Positions 60,021 through 64,000 of a stretch of 64,000 nucleotides of DNA are shown in pieces. The translations under genes were made by a program, and so were the position numbers. The notes under the pieces are model-generated. The model searched no databases. It was not told the DNA's origin and saw only the letters and a program-made list of their open reading frames with translations. This DNA comes from Cyanobacteria bacterium auto_48_18 (GTDB lineage Bacteria; Cyanobacteriota; Vampirovibrionia; Obscuribacterales; Obscuribacteraceae), in contig JAVHQC010000025.1 of NCBI GenBank assembly GCA_036170915.1, positions 84,155 through 148,154 of the forward strand. The letters run 5' to 3'. Within the stretch, counting starts at the first letter, position 1, and the number at the start of each line of letters is the position of its first letter.

Positions 60021-61241
60021 TTATTCGAGATTAGTCTTGCTTTTTGGCAACAACGATTGCAGTGCCAGGCTAACTTCATAATCGTTAGGCAACATGTTTT
60101 TTGCGGTCATCAGCTCGGCCAGTGCGCTTGTCAGGTCGCCGGAGTCTTTCAGTTCGAGGGCCAGCGCTTTATGCAATTGCCCATTTTTGGGATCTATTTG
60201 CAGCGCCAGGCGATATTCAATTACTGCTGAATGATGATCACCACTTTTAGCGTAAACCCAGGCCAAATTAGAATGAGTATCAGGATCGTTGGGAGTAAGG
60301 CTAACGGCCACTCTAGCTTCTTTTAGAGCTTCGGTCAGTTTATTAGTATTAGCAAGAGCCCATGAATAACCCACATGGCCCTCGGCATAATTGGTATCGA
60401 GTTCAGTGGCATTGCGCAATTGCGCCAGGGCCTCGGGCCATTTGCCCAATTTACCCAGAGCCAAACCATACCGAGCGTGGGTGACGGCATCTTTAGGATT
60501 GATAGCTATGGCTTTTTTGTATTCATCCTCAACCAACCACGGCTGCCGCGAAGCGCTATAGCATTGAGCCAAAATTAAATGAGGAATGACGAGATCTTTG
60601 TTCAGCTTCTCGGCTAGTTTGCACTCGGCGATAGCGTCGCGATAACGGGCCTTCATGCGATAACATTCGCCCAAATAGGCATGGGCTAAGGCGTTACCGC
60701 TATCAATTTTTAGCGACTTAGTATATTCACTTTTGGCTTCGTCATTTCTCCCCAACATACGTAAAGCTTCAGCCTTCATGAAGTGGCCATCGCCCGTAGT
60801 GGCACGTATTGTCAACACTTTATCGTATTCTTTCAATGCTTCTTCATAGTCGGCCATGGCCATGAGCACTTTTCCCAACATATAGTGGGCTTTGAAATTA
60901 TTAGCATCAAGTTTGAGTACGTCTTCAAATTCGATTAATGCATTAGTGTAATCGCGCCGGCCAAAAAACATATCGCCCAGTTTGGTATGGCGTTCAATTT
61001 GTTTATTGTGATCTTCCTTAACCGGCTCCAGAGCGCTTTCAAGGCTGGCAGCTTCTTCTTCCTTTTTAGTTTCGGCTTGAATCTTCTTCTGATCAATTTT
61101 GTCGGGACGGCGCTTGAAAAAGAGTGGTGCGGCGTCGGCCGGAAGCCACAAATTTAGCGCCAGATTTCCAGACAAGAAACCGCCGGATAACAGCACCAAA
61201 GTCAGCGCTTTATAGTTCGTTTTTGCTTGCCGCTCAAACAC
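60021..61241 (-). CDS. Exported multi-TPR protein
   Basis: Signal-like N-terminus and regular TPRs (AHYMLGKVL, AHAYLGECY, THSNLAWVY). Confidence 0.88.
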   Translation of the reverse strand: MFERQAKTNYKALTLVLLSGGFLSGNLALNLWLPADAAPLFFKRRPDKIDQKKIQAETKKEEEAASLESALEPVKEDHNKQIERHTKLGDMFFGRRDYTNALIEFEDVLKLDANNFKAHYMLGKVLMAMADYEEALKEYDKVLTIRATTGDGHFMKAEALRMLGRNDEAKSEYTKSLKIDSGNALAHAYLGECYRMKARYRDAIAECKLAEKLNKDLVIPHLILAQCYSASRQPWLVEDEYKKAIAINPKDAVTHARYGLALGKLGKWPEALAQLRNATELDTNYAEGHVGYSWALANTNKLTEALKEARVAVSLTPNDPDTHSNLAWVYAKSGDHHSAVIEYRLALQIDPKNGQLHKALALELKDSGDLTSALAELMTAKNMLPNDYEVSLALQSLLPKSKTNLE

Positions 61242-62109
61242 TGTGAACGGTTACCTCGATAATTCTGTCAAGCCTGAATGTACGCTCAGCATTACTCTTT
61301 CGGCACATGGCCGTTAAATAGACACTGCCTCGGCTTTCAATCAGCGCTTGCGGTAATACCACTCGAGTGCTCTTAAAAGTACTGCTGTAGGTCAATTTAA
61401 TTTCAATTTGAGCATCGATGGCCGAGTTGATCAAATCGAGGTAAGCCAGCAATTGATCGGACAGAGCCACAGGGGCGTACTTCTGTGATTCTGTAAAACT
61501 GAATGTGGCCGACACATCCTCAAGATGACCGAAAGTTTCCATCTTTCCAACTTCAATCAATTTAGCGAATAGCTTATGTACATAGAGGCTGTCGTCTAAG
61601 GCACGGTGATACAAAGATCCGGCGAAGCCAAAATGTTCGCTCAAAGTTTTCAATTTGTGATTAGCGCTATCTTGCACCAAACTCTGAGCCATAGCCAGAG
61701 TACACACCACCGCATTGCCTGGCAGTGTAAGGCGCTGCCGCATGGAATGGACCTTAAGAAATTCAACATCAAAAGCTGCGTTATGCGCAATCATGATGCT
61801 GTCGCCGCACCACTCATAAAAGCCCGGAAGCACCGCATCTATAGTCGGTGCGCCAATGACCATATCATCGGTAATACCGTGCAGTTTCGAAACCTCAGGC
61901 GGAATAGGCTCACCGGGATCAATCAGTGTACTGAAGGTTTCAACATGAGGCGAGGACAGAGTAAATTTCACCCCTGAAAGTTCTACAAGTTTGCAGGCGA
62001 TAGCAGATAAACCGGTGGTCTCTACATCGAAGGCAACAAACGTTAGATCGGCCAATCTCTTTTGAGATTGACTAAGACTTGTCGAATTTCGTTCACATAA
62101 CTCATTCAT
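61234..62109 (-). CDS. DEDDh (DnaQ-like) 3'-5' exonuclease fused to a C-terminal WYL domain
   Basis: ExoI FDVETTG, ExoII AHNAAFD, ExoIII HRALDD; WYL-like YLTAMC...ERTFRLDRI. Confidence 0.88.
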   Translation of the reverse strand: MNELCERNSTSLSQSQKRLADLTFVAFDVETTGLSAIACKLVELSGVKFTLSSPHVETFSTLIDPGEPIPPEVSKLHGITDDMVIGAPTIDAVLPGFYEWCGDSIMIAHNAAFDVEFLKVHSMRQRLTLPGNAVVCTLAMAQSLVQDSANHKLKTLSEHFGFAGSLYHRALDDSLYVHKLFAKLIEVGKMETFGHLEDVSATFSFTESQKYAPVALSDQLLAYLDLINSAIDAQIEIKLTYSSTFKSTRVVLPQALIESRGSVYLTAMCRKSNAERTFRLDRIIEVTVHSV

Positions 62110-62320
62110 GCACTTATTCTTTGTAGAAGGGTCTATGTAGAAGGTATCACGTCAGAGCTGGCAAAAGTATTTAAAAAGGCCCCTCAATCAGCGGCTTTAC
62201 TGATACTGGCTGGAAACATTGTGCCGACGGCGTTCCTATGTGATTAAATCGAGCTATAGTTATTGCACATATTCTCAGCTGTCTGCATGCAAGTCGCAAA
62301 TTTCGCCGGATATCTATATA

Positions 62321-63061
62321 GTGCATATACCGCGTTATCACTTTATTTTGCTCTTCGTTGGCTGGCTTGGCTGGTTTTCAAATCCTGCCTGCATGGCATT
62401 TGATCTCAAAGAGCAGATCAGTAGCGAACCAACTGCTAAGTCAGAGCAGTCTTTGCACGGCAACATCATTCAAGAATCGCTTAGTTCAACATTCGCTCCG
62501 GATAATCTCAATTTGATTATAAAAAGCTGTGATCAAGCAGATGATGCCGATTTGCTTTTTCAGAAAAATACCATCAAGCGTGGACTTTCCTATATTGAAC
62601 GTGAGCAAAAGAAAGCGCTAAACGCCGCTAATACTGCGGACCGCAGCCCGGCAGATCGGTTTTCGGCCCTGAAGCATTTTGGTTATCTACTTCGCGCCAG
62701 TCAAGATTTTTACAGCAACTCAAACTATGTAGAACTGCAAGTGGAGCGGCTGACTAATAAATTTGGCAACAACAATTTTGACCCCTATACAATCGATCTT
62801 GTAGATTGGAATAACGTCGGCACAAGTCACACCGCCTTGTCAGAGGCGGAAAAAATGAAAAACAATGCCAGGCAGGGTCAAGAAACTATTGGTCAATCAA
62901 CTTATTATAAAACCGCTCGTGAACTGGCACTGAGAGAGACGGCAAGACAGTGGGATGTATTTGCGACATTGATTAGAAGTAAATATCCGGGCCGGGCACA
63001 ATTTATTATCACGGCTTTAAAAGAGGCCAGCGTGCCGGAGCAAGAGGCCGAGATTTTTTAG
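62321..63061 (+). CDS. Exported protein resembling the HET-C / VWA7 N-terminal (phospholipase C/P1-like) domain
   Basis: FGYLLRASQDFYSNSNYVEL resembles the LGxxLHxLQDFYSHSNWVE motif. The start at GTG 62321 is inferred from a signal-peptide-like segment. Confidence 0.55.
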   Translation: MHIPRYHFILLFVGWLGWFSNPACMAFDLKEQISSEPTAKSEQSLHGNIIQESLSSTFAPDNLNLIIKSCDQADDADLLFQKNTIKRGLSYIEREQKKALNAANTADRSPADRFSALKHFGYLLRASQDFYSNSNYVELQVERLTNKFGNNNFDPYTIDLVDWNNVGTSHTALSEAEKMKNNARQGQETIGQSTYYKTARELALRETARQWDVFATLIRSKYPGRAQFIITALKEASVPEQEAEIF

Positions 63062-63075
63062 TTACTGAATTCTTT

Positions 63076-63825
63076 TTAGTTACTAATTTTCCTGCCACCA
63101 AGTGAGCCGCAATCAGGGCAATCTCGCACAGAGTCGAATCCGCGCAGCACTTCCAGCTCTCCACTCAAGCCATCAATTTTGATAATTTCATTGCTCTGGC
63201 TAGCACCAAAGCCACTGATTATTTTCACGGCCGCTAGCGACAGTGCATTGCCAAGCAAACCTGCAAGTGGAGTCAAAATGGCTTGTTCACTCTGTCCGCC
63301 AATAGCATCTTCCAATCCCAGGCTGGCTAGTAAACAACGCAGGCATGAAGACTGACCAGGCACCATGGCAAACAATTGAAAGCGCACGCCTGACCCGCCA
63401 CAATGAAGCAGGGCACGGCGAGCGGCCATGCAAACGTCTGACAGGCCGAGCTTATCTTGCCAATCATCTAAGACTTCAACTACGAGGTCACTTTCTTTGA
63501 CCAGCGATTCCAGATCACACACAGCCATAGCCTCAACCAACTGGTAATCAATCTTACTATTAGTCTGGCAACCATCTAGTTTATCCAGGTGGCAACGCAA
63601 ACTATTGAGCTGTGTCAAATTACTGCCAATTATTTTGATCGAACCAATGCCGGAGTCAACCAAACTAGCACAGAGAGCCAGCACCACTGGTCCATCGCCC
63701 AGTACCAGAATGCGCCCTTGCTTTAGTTTTTTCTGACTGGCGATGCCAAAACCGCTGACGGCAATTTGATTGGCGTGCCTTGAAAAACTTTCGTCGTCAT
63801 TGTCGTTTTCGACTATTTTTTCCAT
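63076..63825 (-). CDS. ThiF/MoeB/HesA-family protein, degenerate
   Basis: FSRH...GFGIASQKKLKQGRILVLG, CLRC and CPDC zinc motifs. Confidence 0.78.
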   Translation of the reverse strand: MEKIVENDNDDESFSRHANQIAVSGFGIASQKKLKQGRILVLGDGPVVLALCASLVDSGIGSIKIIGSNLTQLNSLRCHLDKLDGCQTNSKIDYQLVEAMAVCDLESLVKESDLVVEVLDDWQDKLGLSDVCMAARRALLHCGGSGVRFQLFAMVPGQSSCLRCLLASLGLEDAIGGQSEQAILTPLAGLLGNALSLAAVKIISGFGASQSNEIIKIDGLSGELEVLRGFDSVRDCPDCGSLGGRKISN

Positions 63826-63842
63826 GTGCGAATTATAACCCT

Positions 63843-63875
63843 AAAAACCAAAAACCCCCCTTACGGGAGGTCTCT
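63843..63875 (-). terminator. Intrinsic terminator with a GTAA loop
   Basis: Minus strand GACCTCCC-GTAA-GGGGGGTT followed by TTTGGTTTTT. Confidence 0.75.
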
Positions 63876-63917
63876 GGCTGGCGTTGGCGGGGAAAAATTG
63901 GAAACCAGTTAATTGAT

Positions 63918-64000
63918 TTAGTTGAACAGAGCTGCGTCGCGGGCGGATGCTACGAGCCAGTTGATGCAACCGGGAGTTGCCAGACCGCCGGTAACACCAG
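63918..64000 (-). CDS. 3' end of an unidentified gene entering from outside the window
   Basis: Open frame ...GVTGGLATPGCINWLVASARDAALFN-stop followed by a terminator. Confidence 0.45.
   Translation of the reverse strand, partial: GVTGGLATPGCINWLVASARDAALFN

Overview
Gene-dense bacterial chromosomal segment, mostly core and metabolic genes: lepA (partial), a yitJ-type Hcy methyltransferase/MTHFR fusion, patA, metH, pstS, cystathionine beta-synthase plus a cystathionine gamma-lyase/synthase, a methylmalonyl-CoA mutase large subunit, gyrA, lysS, atpD-clpP-atpC, ftsH, tilS, pyrE and one tRNA(CAT). These are interspersed with signalling and repeat proteins: three Ser/Thr kinases, a hybrid histidine kinase, a response regulator, TPR, LRV and EF-hand proteins. 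Several traits suggest a non-photosynthetic relative of Cyanobacteria (Melainabacteria/Obscuribacterales-like): atpD-atpC split from the other atp genes, a tRNA without encoded CCA, and kinase/TPR richness. This taxonomy is inference only. I saw no CRISPR array, rRNA, transposase or integrase. The most notable observations are: (1) four dispersed copies of an intergenic palindrome GCAGAGAAATTT-N4/5-AAATTTCTCTGC, the best copy lying just upstream of an orphan DUF6088/AbiEi-like wHTH gene; (2) a divergent ClpP with an apparently intact triad, translationally coupled between atpD and atpC; (3) tandem membrane kinases with HRDxTPDN and GKxxY substitutions; (4) a cbs-cgl / mcm divergon with face-to-face -10 elements; (5) an 18-nt copy of tRNA sequence in that tRNA's own promoter spacer; (6) pervasive short tandem duplications. 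All family assignments are by eye from motifs; no searches were run.
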